From the human T2T-CHM13v2.0 reference genome, Homo sapiens, in assembly GCF_009914755.1 (NCBI RefSeq), contig NC_060931.1: 64,000 nt of DNA; one strand, written 5' to 3'. Shown here piece after piece: positions 1 through 12,858 of the stretch. Within the stretch, counting starts at the first letter, position 1; each line of letters begins with the position of its first letter. The notes beneath the pieces were generated by a model. That model was given only the letters and a program-made list of their open reading frames with translations, ran no database searches and had not been told where the DNA came from. The position numbers were made by a program, and so were the translations under genes.

Positions 1-290
1 ACCCAGATTTATGGCTGGGGCAACTGGCAAGAGTAACATAGTTTCTGAGAAAGAAACTAGAGGAGGAGGTTTAGAGGATAAGTTCAGTTTTGGAGGTGAA
101 GTGCCTTTAAATCATCAGAGTGGAAGTATCTGAAGGTAGATCTACAGGTCTGGAGTCTACAGGAGACAGCTTTGGGGTAGAGTTTTACTTGTGAACCATT
201 TGGATAGGGACTTCATATTATGGGTGGAAAATGAATTCACAACAGTGGACAAGGCTGTCCAAGAAAAGTGAGAGAAGAAAAGTAGCCCAA
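1..290 (-). mobile_element. L2 LINE fragment
   Basis: Resembles antisense L2 text (agttcagttttgg...gtctggagt...gagagaagaaaag); highly diverged. Confidence 0.6.
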
Positions 291-429
291 ACCCACTTGA
301 TCTCAGGCCAAGTTCTTCCATGCTAGATGTTGGTGTGCTGGCAGTTTGCAGAACACAGGGTAAATCTAGTGTTGCTTCTTGCAAGATCAGCTTTACTTGA
401 TGGAAGAACTTAAAATATTTTTGGTTCTA

Positions 430-1340
<911 letters not shown>

Positions 1341-1529
1341 ACACTAGAAAGACTGGCAATGAATATAAGAGAAATGGAAATTCTTAAATGCTACTCTTCA
1401 GTTCATGGGACACTGTCATCTTTGGTCCAACTAGTGCTACTTTTTATTCTCTACTTATTTATACCCCTATTCATTTTCACATTCCCCTCTTCTCAGTAAG
1501 CACCTCTTCTAATATCCCTGAATATCTAT

Positions 1530-1830
1530 CTCTTTCCTTCCTTCCCTCCTTTCCTCCCTCCCTCCTTCCTTCCTTTTCTGCCTTCCTTCCACAAGCCTTT
1601 ATTGTATAACTACTGAGAGCCAGAAATTGGTGTTTGGTGTCTGAGCTCCAAAGACATAGTAGTTCCAAAGGAGCCAATAGTTCAGTGGGGTGACAGGCGA
1701 ATTATAACACTATAATGCACACCATGCTAAAATAGAAATTTGTATGAAGTGCTACAGGAATGTAACAGAAGGAGTCTTTAATTGCCAACAGGAATAAACC
1801 ACTGATGAGGGTATGGTTCACAGTGGAGAT
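1530..1830 (-). mobile_element. L2 3' end with TC-rich tail
   Basis: (TTCC)-rich tract followed by L2-like sequence (tgctaaaatagaaatttgtatgaagtgctacaggaat). Confidence 0.45.
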
Positions 1831-2257
1831 GATGTATTATTACTTTAAAAATTATCTAATGATCTTTTATTATTACATTGTTACATCATTAACTTCACTG
1901 GACAACAAAGATAGATTGTTCAATTGCCAATTTTATGAGCATGAAACTATTCTTTAAAAAATACTGTAACATTGCAGTCTAGTTTCCAAGATGGTGAATT
2001 GGAAGCAGAGCTAGCCTGCCTCTCCCACTTGGAAAGACAAAATAGTGTGTAGAGATTCACACTGTTAACTTTTTTTCCAAGAAGCAATGCAGGAGCTTAA
2101 CAAGAAATCTGAAAGAAATCACAGACCCTTTGAAAGAAGTGGCAGATTGCCACTTAAAGTAAAATAAATAAATAAATAAATAAAGTTTAAAATATATGAA
2201 AAATGCTCATCACTAATCATGTGAGAAATGCAAATTAAAACTATGATGAGACACCAG

Positions 2258-5200
2258 AAAAAAATACTACTAGACCTAAGAAATGAGATAGACAGCAACA
2301 ACACAATAATAGTAGGGGACTTCAACACCCCACTGACAGCACTAGACTGATCATCTAGAAAGAAAGTCAACAAAAACAAAAAAAATGATCTTGAACTACA
2401 CTGTAGAACAAATGGACCTAACAGATATTTGCAGAACATTCCACCCAAGAACTGCAGAATATACATTCTTCTCATCAACACATTGAACGTGCTCCAAGAC
2501 AGACCATATGATAGGCCATAAAACTAGTCTCAATAAATTTTTAAAAATCAAAATTATATCAAGTATTTTCTCAGACCACAGTGAAATAAAACTAAAAATC
2601 AACTTCAAAAGGAATCCCTAAAACTATACAAATACATGGAAATAAAATAATCTGCTCCTGAATGATTTTTGGGTTAACAATTAAATCAAGATGGAAATAT
2701 AAAAATCTTTGGAATGAATAATAGTGAAAGAAATTATCAAAACCTCTGTGATAAAGCAAAAGCAATGCTAAGAGGAAAGTTTATAGCACTTATGCCTCCA
2801 TCAAAAAGTCTGAAAGATTGTAAATTGACAACCGAAAGTCACACTTCAAAGTACTAGAGAAATAAAAAGAAACTATACCTAAAGCTAGCAGAAGAAAATA
2901 AATAACAGATCAGAGCAGAACTAGATGAATTTGAAACAAAAAAGTTACAAAAGATCAATAAAACAAAAAGTTGATTGTTTGAAAAGATAAGCGAAAATTT
3001 TTGCCCATTAGCTAGATTAACCAAGACAAAAAGAAAGGTGATTTAAGCAAGCTCAATTAGAAATGAAACTAGAGACATTACAACTGACACCACAGAAATA
3101 CAAAAGATCATTTGAGATTACTACGATTATCTCTATGCACACAGACTAGAAAATCTAGAGGAAATGGATACATTCCTGGAAACATAAAACCTTCCTAGAT
3201 TAACTCAGGAAGAAATAGAAACCCTGAACAGACCAATAGCAAGCAGTAAGATTGAATCTGTAATTTAAAAAATTGCCATCAAGGAAAAAAATCCCAAGGC
3301 CAGATGGACTCACAGCTGCATTCTACCAGACATTCAAAGAAGATTTGATACTAATCCTACTGAAACTATTCCAAAAGATTGAGACAGAGGGAATCCTCCC
3401 TAATTCACTCTATGAAGCCAGTATCACCCTGATACCAAAACCAGGAAAGGACATAGTAAAAAAAGAACACTACAGATCAATATCCCTGATGAACATAGAT
3501 GTAAAAATCCTCAACAAAATACTAGCTAACCAAGTCCAACAGCATATCAAAAAGTTAATAAATATGATCAAGTTGGTTTCATTCTAGGAATGCAGGGATG
3601 GTTTATTATATGCAAGACAATAAATGTGATACATGACGTATGCAGAATTAAAAACAAAAACCATATGATCACCTCAAAAGATGCAGAAAAAGCATTTGAT
3701 AAGCATCTAACATCCCTTTGTGATGAAAGCCCTCAACAAATTAGGCATAAAAGGGACTTATGTCAATAATAAAAGCCATATATGACAAACCCACAGCCAA
3801 CATAGCACTGAACGGGGAAAATTAAAAGCTGTCCCCCTGAAAACTAGAACAAGACAACGATGCCAACTTTCACCACTTCTATTCAACATAGTGTTGGAAG
3901 TCCTAGCCAGAGCAATCAGGCAAGAGGAGAAAATAAAGGGCATCCGAATTGAAGAAGAGGAAGTCAAACTATCACTCTTCATTGATGACATGATTGTATA
4001 TCTAGAAACCCTAAAGGCTCCTCCAAAAGACTCCTAGATTTGAAAAACAAATTAAGTAAAGTCTCAGGTTACAAAACCAATGTACACAAATCAGTAGCAG
4101 TGCTAGACACTAACAATGACCAAGCTGAGAATCAAATCAAGAATTCATTGCCTTTTACAACAGATGCAACAAAACAAAACAAAAAACCTAGGAATGTACC
4201 TAACCAAGGAGGTAGAAGATCTCTACAAGTATGACCACAAAACACTGATGAAAGAAATCATAGATGACACAAGCAAATCAAAAATCAAAATACATCCCAT
4301 GCTCATGGATTAGAAGAATCAATATCATGAAAATTACCATAGTGCTCCAAAACAATCTACAGAGTCAATGCAATTCCTATCAAAATACCAACATAAATTT
4401 TCACAGAATTAAAAAAATTCCTAAAATTCATATGGAACCAAAAAAGAGCCTGAAGAGCCAAAGCAATCTTAAGCAAAAAGAACAAATCTGAAGACATCAC
4501 ATTGCCAGACTTCAAATTATAAAGGCTCTAGTTACTGAAACAGTATTATACTGGTATAAAAGTAGACATGGACCAATGGAACAGAATATAGAAACCAGAA
4601 ATAAAGCCAAATACTTACAACCAAAGACTTACAATCTTTTTGACAAAGCATAAAAAAATCATATATTGAGGACACCCTATCTAATAAATGGTGCTGGGAA
4701 AACTGGATAGCCACATGTAGAAGAATAAAACTGGATCCCTATCTTTCAACTTACACAAAAATCAACTCAGGATGGATCAAAGACTTAAATCTAAGGCCTG
4801 AAATCATAAAAATTCTAGAAGATAACCTAGGAAAAACTTTTCTAGACATTGGCCTGGCCAAAGAATTCATGACTAAAACCCCAAAAGCAAATGTTACTAA
4901 AACAAACAAATAAATGGAACCTGATTAAATTAAAAAGTTTCTATACTGTGAAAGAAATAATCATCAAAATAAACAGACAACCCACAGAATGGGAGAAAAT
5001 ATTTGTAAACTCTACATCCAAGAAAGGACTAATATTCAGAATCTACAAGAAACTCAAATAAATCAGCAAGAAAAAAATTCAACAATCCCATCAAAAAGTG
5101 GGCAAGCGACATTAACACACAGTTTTCCAAAGAAGATACACAAATTGGCCAACAAACATGAAAAAATGCTCAACATCACTAATCATCCCTATCTTTCACC

Positions 5201-6027
5201 TTATACAAAATTCAAGGAAATGCAAATTAAAACCGTCTTACTCCTGCAAGAAAGACCATTACTAAAAAGTCAAAAAACAGTAGGTGTTGGCATGGTGGGA
5301 TGAAAAGGGAAAACTTATACATTGTTGGTGGGAATATAAGTTGTTAGTACAAACCACATGGAAAACAGTATGGAGATTTCTTAAAGAACTAAAAGTAGAT
5401 CTATCATTTGATTCAGGAATCCCACTACTGGGTATCTATCCAAAGTAAAAGAAGTCATTATATCAAAAGGACACCTGCATGCCTTTGTTTATTGCAGAAC
5501 AATTCACAATTGCAAAGATATGGAACCAACCTAATTGCCCATCAACCAATGAGTGGATAAAGAAAATGTGGTATGCATACGCTATGGAATACTACCCAGC
5601 CATAAAAAAGAAGAAAATAATCTCTTTTGCAGCAACTTGGATGGAGCTGGAGGCTATTGTTCCTTTTCTCTTTTTCCTTTTTTTTTTTTTTTTTTTGAAA
5701 TGGCGTTTCACTCTTTATGCCCAGGCTAGAGTGCAGTGGTGCAACCAGGTTCAAGTGATTCTCCTGCCTCAGCCTCCCAAGTTGCTGGGATTACAGGCGC
5801 ATGCCACGACGCCTGGCTAATTTTGTAGTTTTTAGTAGAGACGGTGTTTCACCATGTTGGCCAGGCTGGTCTCGAACTCCTGACCTCAGGCATTGGTCTC
5901 CCAAAGTGCTGGGATAATAGGCATGAGCCACTGCACCCAGCCTGGAGGCTATTGTTCTATGTTCTATGCAAAGTAGCTCAGGGATGAAAAACCAAATACT
6001 ATATATTCTCATATAAGTGGGAGCTAA
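2258..6027 (+). pseudogene. Disrupted L1 ORF2 (endonuclease/reverse transcriptase)
   Basis: ORF 3273-3587 reads [14 protein letters not shown]...[19 protein letters not shown]...[18 protein letters not shown]; 5479 onward AKIWNQPNCPSTNEWIKKMW; many stops and frameshifts. Confidence 0.9.
5663..5942 (-). mobile_element. AluS (Sp/Sq-like) inserted in L1PB, with two internal deletions
   Basis: 15-bp TSD tggaggctattgttc at 5648-5662 and 5943-5957; poly-T; gtttcactct diagnostic. Confidence 0.92.
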
Positions 6028-6334
6028 GCTATGGGTACATAAAGGCATACAGAATGATATAATGGACTTTGGAGACTCAGAAGGTGGGAGGGTGAGAGGG
6101 GAGTGAGGGATAAAAACTAAATATTGAGTACAATGTGCACTAGTCACGTGAAAGGTGCACCAAAATCTCAAACTTCACCACTATAAAATTCATCCGTATA
6201 ACCAAAAACCACATGTACCCCTAAAGCTATTGAAATAAATAAATAAATAATAAAAATCCCTCCAAAATAGTATTATATTGACTTGAGAATAGCTCCATAA
6301 AAGTGCATACTTTAAGAAAAAATACTACGTATTT

Positions 6335-6530
6335 TAAAAATAATACATTCACGTAGTGAAGATTTTGATAATACAAAAGGAACACAGCAAAAGTATGTCT
6401 CCTTTCCATTCCCATCTTCCAGTTCCTCTTCCCAGAGATAACACTCTCATCACTTTCGCGTTTCCATCTATACATAATATCCTCTCCCCAACCTTTAAAT
6501 TATAATTAGCACATTATTCTGTACCTCATT
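6335..6530 (-). mobile_element. Ancient L1ME-type 3' fragment
   Basis: aatacaaaaggaacacagcaaaagtatgtctcc...cagttcctcttcccagagataacact resembles the antisense L1ME 3' end. Confidence 0.45.
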
Positions 6531-6589
6531 TCTTTGGAAGTGTTACAGTTTATGTGGGTCTTAACAGACAAATCAAGATTTGCTAGATG

Positions 6590-6720
6590 AGACAGTCTAG
6601 GCAGGGCAAGGAGCATGTGCAAAGGTGTAGAGGGAACAGGAATGCTCCCGTATCAAAGACGGGGTAGTTCTGAGTGGCTGGAGCATGGGTGATTAGAGAA
6701 AAGGCAGGAAAGTTCTGTCT
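6590..6720 (-). mobile_element. L2 fragment
   Basis: ctaggcagggcaaggagcatgtgcaaaggtgtagag...gtggctggagcat. Confidence 0.5.
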
Positions 6721-6789
6721 AGTTACCTCCAAAGTGAATGTATAGACTAATGAAGCAGAAAGTCTGCAGACCCACACCATGTAAGAAAT

Positions 6790-8310
6790 TGGTCATTTGC
6801 TAAAGGTGAGACTTCAAATTAGTGTCAGGGAAAAGATGGATTATTCAATAAGTAATGTTAGGGCAATGTTAAGGCTCTCTGAAAAGAAGTTTAATCCTTT
6901 CTCCATATCACACCTCAAAAAGTTCAAAGATTTCAAAAAGAAGCCATAACAATAGAGAGTACAACATGGGAGAATCCCTTTATAACTTTGGAGTAAAAAG
7001 GCTTTTTAAATTATGACTGAAGTCCAAAGATTATAATAGGAAATTAAGGTAAATGTATAGAAAAATAACTTTTAAAACATCTAAGTTGAAACAAAATCAA
7101 CACAAAAATTCAGCGAAAAACAAAAAACTAGGAAAATTATTTCATGTCAACCAAATAGCTAATTGCTCTAATGTGTAAAGAAGTTCTACAACATAGTTTA
7201 AAACTATAATAAAAAAGAATTTGAATAGAGTTTATAAAAATAAATGGCTCTTAAACATATGAAAAAGTACATAACCTCACTCAATATAAAAGTAAATTAA
7301 AACCACATAAAGATACCATAATTTAAAAAAGTATGTAATCAAAATTCCAGATTTTCCCAAACAGAAACTTACCAGCATTTTGTTTTCAAGATGGTGGGAG
7401 GCCAGGTGCTGTGGCTCCCACCTGCAGTCCCAGCTTTTTGGGAGGCTGAGGTGGAAGGATGCTTGAGCCGGTGAGTTCAAGTCCAGCCTGGGCAACATGG
7501 TGAGACTCATCTCTACAAAAAAATAGAAATAAATTAGCCAGGCGTGGTGGTGCACATCTGTAATCCCAGCTACTCTGGAGGTTGAGGTGGGAGGATTGCT
7601 TAAGCCCAGGAGGTGGAGGCTTCAGTGAGGTCATTCATGCCGCTTCAGTCCAGCCTGGGCTACAAAGCTGGACCTTGTCTCAAAAAAGAAAAAAAAAAAA
7701 AGACTAGGAAATAGGTAATTTAATATATTGCTGATAGTAGTGTAAATTAATGCATCTATGGAAGAAAGTTTAACATTATCTTTCAAAATGACTAATGCAT
7801 ATATTCTTTGACCAAGCAATCCCACTTATGGAGGTTTTTCCTACAGATAAACTTGCACACATGTAAAGTCATATATGTTCAAGGTCATTGACTGTAGCAT
7901 TATTTTTTATAGGAAAAGATTGGTATCAACCCAAATGTCCACCAACAGTGGACTGGTTAAATTAATAATGGTATATCTATGTGATGGAATAACATGTAAG
8001 AGAATTTTAAAAAATGGAATGAACTCTCCATGTATCAACATGGCTAAAGTTCTGAGGTACGTGTAGTGAAAAAAAGCAATGTACTGAACAGTGTGCATAA
8101 TGTGCTACCTCTTCAAGGGAGAAAATATAAGTGCATATTCTGTATTGCACAAGGAAACTCTGGAATTATACAAAGAAACTAATAAAAATTGTACTGTGAA
8201 AGGCTGTGGAAACTGACAAATGGGAACAGTAGTAGAAGCAAGTGCTCTCACCATACCTGTTTTAATGTTTGATGTTTGAATTATGAAGATGTATTAATCA
8301 TCTAATAATT
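6790..8310 (+). mobile_element. L1ME-type LINE-1 (ORF2 end and 3'UTR), interrupted by AluJ
   Basis: gggaaaagatggattattcaataa; tttgaccaagcaatcccactt; aacccaaatgtccaccaacagtggactggttaaat. Confidence 0.7.
7400..7701 (+). mobile_element. AluJ
   Basis: Dimer with J diagnostics gaggattgcttaagcccagg and cctgggcaacatggtgagac; A tail. Confidence 0.92.
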
Positions 8311-8648
8311 TTTTAAAAGCATCTGCCTCTATCTTTGCACTACTTCAATGATTAGCCATTTATTAATTGCAAGCAGTGGGGTTTTGCACTGGCTTATTTT
8401 TTCTTTTGCCTGTGGCTTTTGTTTGTAAGATTTCATCCACGAGTAAAATCACTAAGCAAGCCTTGCCCATAGCGTTCAGCATGTGTTGAAATACAGGGGA
8501 GAACTGACAATCACAGGGAGAATGGTATTTTTGATGTATTCTCTACTCTGTGGTCAAAGAGGTGGCCGGATACCTGCCAGGAGTGGAAGGAAGGTCCAGA
8601 ACATTGAAATAATTCAGTTCTCATTCAAGGTCAGAATGCATTTGCTTT

Positions 8649-8963
8649 GGCCGGGCGTGGTGGCTCACGCCTGTAATCCTGCACTTTGGGAGGCCGAGGT
8701 GGGCGGATCACGAGGTTAGGAGATCGAGACCATCCTGGCTAACACGGTGAAACCCGTGAAACCCCGTCTCTACTAAAAATAAAAAAAATTAGCCAGGCGA
8801 GGTGGCCGGCACCTGTAGTCCCAGCTACTGAGGGAGGCTGAGGCAGGAGAATGGCGTGAACCCAGGAGGCGGAGCTTGCAGTGAGCCGAGATCACGCCAC
8901 TGCACTCCAGCCTGGGCGACAGAGCGACACTCTGTCTCAAAGAAAAAAAAAAAAAAGAAACAA
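8649..8963 (+). mobile_element. AluY
   Basis: Perfect 16-bp TSD agaatgcatttgcttt at 8633-8648 and 8964-8979; gagaatggcgtgaaccc; ggagcttgcag. Confidence 0.95.
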
Positions 8964-11118
8964 AGAATGCATTTGCTTTAAAGATGGAGCTAAGTATTCC
9001 TGGAACAAACACCGGGAAATAACCATGGGAAGAGGATTAAAACGGAAAAAGAAGTGACTTGAAGGAAATGAGATGGGAGAATGAGATGCCAAAATTAGCA
9101 CCTACATGCAAAGGGGCAGGTAGACAGGATCCAGGGTTGTACAAGGAAACTACTCAGCTGAAGGATAACCAGGAAGGGAAGGGAGGAGACTCATTATCAG
9201 GGAAATGTGAATAACAAGAGGCTGTTCAAACTGATGTAACTAAGGGTCATGACTAAGAAATATCCCAAAGATCCTCTAGAGTAGAACTACAACATTAGAG
9301 TTGCATATTGAGATCTGTTTGACATTCAAGGAAGCCAAACCTAAAGTTGTGAAGAGAACAATCTAGGGTCACACAGAAACCGTGTCTGAGACTTCTAGCC
9401 TAGCATTTTTTTTTCTTTCTCTCTTGTTTATTTTCATGCAGCATCTCTTGTTAATGCACAATTTGATTTAGTTTCAAGACTCTCATTTTAACATGAATAA
9501 TCACTGTTGACTGTTGCCAGAAAACAGAAGAGTGGGAAAGAAAGAGAGATAGAGAGAAAAAGGTATATAGAGAGATGTTAAATCTTGTAAATGAAAGTAC
9601 ATTGATAACAGCAACTAGCAGACCTACATATGAACCAAACAAGCAAAAAATGTCATTCCTGCTGTAAGTGGGCCCAGCCAAGCTGTTCTGAGCAGTGAAG
9701 GTCAAAAGTTCCATGACCACAGCTCTGCATCTCTCTCAATACAAGGCTTTTTGTTAAATGGTGGCAAAGCATTTTTAAAAATCATCCTTTCTTACCATCT
9801 ATAAACCATAAAAAAAGAAATTTTTCCCTTTAGGGCCTTTAGCCATATTATGCTTTCTTGCAGATATCTCATAAAAAACTCCCCCAGAATAGCCCTCAGT
9901 ATGTTCTTTTTAAGGCACAGTTCTTCCCTTAAATTGTTATTTAATCAGTAAATATTCTTATTCTTCACATAAGTTTTTCTCTGTGGTGGGCTAGGAAGTG
10001 CTTGAATTTTTACTCTAGAAAATTGTTTTCTCACAGTTCCTGGACCCACATCACATAAATGTTCATATAAAAAAATTCACAACTTTTAAATGTGATTTAG
10101 CAATAAAATTGAGTCTCTGTTAACACTGACCAATTCCAAAGAGTTGTAACACAGATCATTCTGCTTATTTTTGCCTTAAGTCTCAAGGGGGGGGCGGGGG
10201 GAAAGCAAAAAAGGAGGCTACTCTCCTTAGGAAGAAAGGGAATCCTAATTTCCTATTCAAAGAAATATTTAACATTCCATGTTTTTTAACTTCCAAATAC
10301 CTCCAGTAATCAAGGGTGCTTTACAGGTGAATAATCAGGGCTTTAAGGCAGAATTATACTCTTCCTGGCCTGGAAGAAGATGAAGCTCTAAGGTAACACA
10401 GAGACTCAAAAGAAAAAACAGAAAACAACTCTCTACCCTTTTGGAAATGTAAACAATCAGGTAAATAATAACTAAAGCTCTAATTTTTTACTCATATTCT
10501 GATTTAAAATTTAGTCCTTCCCAAGTTTGTACTGTCTCTCGATTTTGTTTTGTTTTCACAGGCTTACCAAAAAAATTGATTCTGATCACTGTAGACCGAC
10601 CCTCCATAAACCCTCTTTCTATGGGAAACTGTAATAAGGATTGTGGACTTTCACTGTCTCTGATGATATAAAATTACCTTTTTAAAAATTACCAGAAGAA
10701 AACATACAACTAAGACCTTCTCCCTGTTAATCTGTTAGGGTTCATCTTTTCTGCTTCCTAAGCTTGATGGTAGCTCTCTAAATTAAGTGATAACATAGAT
10801 ATGGTGTGTGAACTGTGCACTTACAGAATCTTAGAAATGTTTCATACTTCCAAGGATTTTGGTTTTTTAAAAATTTTAAATATGAGACAGTCTGTGCCAG
10901 GAGCTATTGGGAAAACAGCTCTTTCTGTGTTTGGCCTGTTCCTCTCTGCCCACGACATTCCTCCACACCCCTCGCACTTTACATCCTCACATTCCCATGC
11001 TGTGTGTCTATGACAAGCCTCTGAGAGTCTGGGAATCACGGTGTTTATGGGTAAAGCAAGAAGGCCAGGGAAGGAGTGACAAGAAATAGATCAGGATTTT
11101 CAGAGATCTACTTGCCAG

Positions 11119-11286
11119 AGCCAGGTGTGGTAGTGCACAGCTGTTATCCCAGTTACGTGGCAGGCCAAAGCAGGAGGGTCCCTTTACTCCAGGAATTTGA
11201 GGTAGCAGTGTGCTGTGATCATGCCTGTGAATAGCCACTACACTCCAGCTTGGGCAACATAACAAGACCCTTGTCTCTTAAAAAAA
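11119..11286 (+). mobile_element. FAM (fossil Alu monomer)
   Basis: Monomer retaining the 7SL-type segment gcctgtgaatagccactacactccagc; degenerate TSD tctacttgcca / tctatttgcta. Confidence 0.85.
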
Positions 11287-11324
11287 GTCTATTTGCTAAC
11301 ATGCCACTAATTCTGCAAGATTTA

Positions 11325-11567
11325 TAATAATAGCTACCAATTATTATGAGCCTACGATAAGCCAAACATTCACAAGACATTTAATCCTCAGAATAACCCT
11401 GTGAAGTTGGTACTCCTTTTCCATTTTACACATGTAGGAAATGGGGTTCTTATTGCCTAGGGAAACTCTCCAAACAAAAATAAACAAAAAGCAAGCTAGT
11501 TGGAATCAGAGTTAGGATTTGAGCCTGTGTTTACCAGAGTCCAAACTCCTGCTCTTTCTGCTATTAG
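11325..11567 (-). mobile_element. MIR SINE
   Basis: catttaatcctcagaataaccctgtgaag...ccattttaca...aggatttgagcc. Confidence 0.75.
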
Positions 11568-11870
11568 CCTACTCATGATCTAAAGCCTAACTAAGGCTTC
11601 TTGGATTCTAAAGGGATTTTTATGGTCCTGTGGTTCTATTTCAGGTTAACATGGAAATCTCTTCCTTGAGTGCTTCAAAAAAGGTTAAATTTTATGAGAT
11701 ACACTTTAGTGATGAATATACTTTATCTTATCCTATTAAAATAATTAATATTAGGAATAGAAGGTTGAATAGAAACCAGAGTATTACATTAGCTGGAATA
11801 TCACACTTCTCAATAATTATGTATAAATGAAAGTTCACTCTTCCATTCATTATCACTCATCCACCTACTT

Positions 11871-11941
11871 ATCCATCCATCCACGTGTCCATCCATGTAT
11901 CCATCCATCCATCCATCCATCCATCCATCCATCCATCCATC
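11871..11941. repeat. (CCAT)n tetranucleotide microsatellite
   Basis: About 10 perfect copies at 11899-11941 plus degenerate copies. Confidence 0.95.
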
Positions 11942-11984
11942 GACTTAACAAATTGAGAACTACTATGGGCTAGTTGCTATTCTA

Positions 11985-12353
<369 letters not shown>

Positions 12354-12392
12354 TCAGAGCTTTCTTTTGCTCTCAAAGATTATATTCTAGAT

Positions 12393-12548
12393 CAGCACTG
12401 TTCAACAGAACTTTCTGTGAGACAAAAGTGTTTTATATCTGTGCTATTGAGAAAAACTGAGGAATGGAATTTGCAATTGTATTTAATTTTTGTTTTAATT
12501 AATTTAAACTTAAGTAACAGCATGTCATTACTGTCCTGGACATCACAG
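12393..12548 (+). mobile_element. MER3 (hAT-Charlie MITE)
   Basis: cagcactgttcaacagaactttctg...tggacatcacag; 8-bp TSD ttctagat / ttctagaa. Confidence 0.8.
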
Positions 12549-12592
12549 TTCTAGAAGGTTTAAGGAGGTGAGAAGACAGAAAATAAATTAAA

Positions 12593-12858
12593 TTTTTAGT
12601 TTTAATTTTATGGATATATAATATTTTACATATTTTTGGGGTACATGTGAGGATTTTCTTCATGCATAGACTGTGTAATGATCAAGTCAGGCTATTTGGA
12701 GTATCTATCACCTCGAGTATCTATCATTTCTATGGGCTGATAACATTTTAAGTCCTCTCTTCTAGTTTGAAATATACAAATATTGTTGCTAACTATGGTC
12801 ACTATTCTTCTATGAAGCATTAGAACTTATTTCTTCTCTAACTGTAAGTTTGTATGCT
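12593..12858 (-). mobile_element. L1MA (MA2-4-like) 3' end
   Basis: ggggtacatgtga...gtgtaatgatcaagtcagg...tagaacttatttcttct. Confidence 0.8.

Larger units (their letters stand above)
1981..6256 (+). mobile_element. L1PB (L1PB3-like) LINE-1, internally deleted
   Basis: 5'UTR start caagatgg (1987); ORF2 EN/RT remnants; 3' end accaaaaaccacatgtacccctaaagctattgaaat plus A-rich tail. Confidence 0.9.

Noticed and set aside
1955-6285. Possible TSD for the L1PB (aaaatactgtaacattg vs aaaatagtattatattg)
   Set aside because: Too many mismatches in AT-rich sequence, and offset from the element ends
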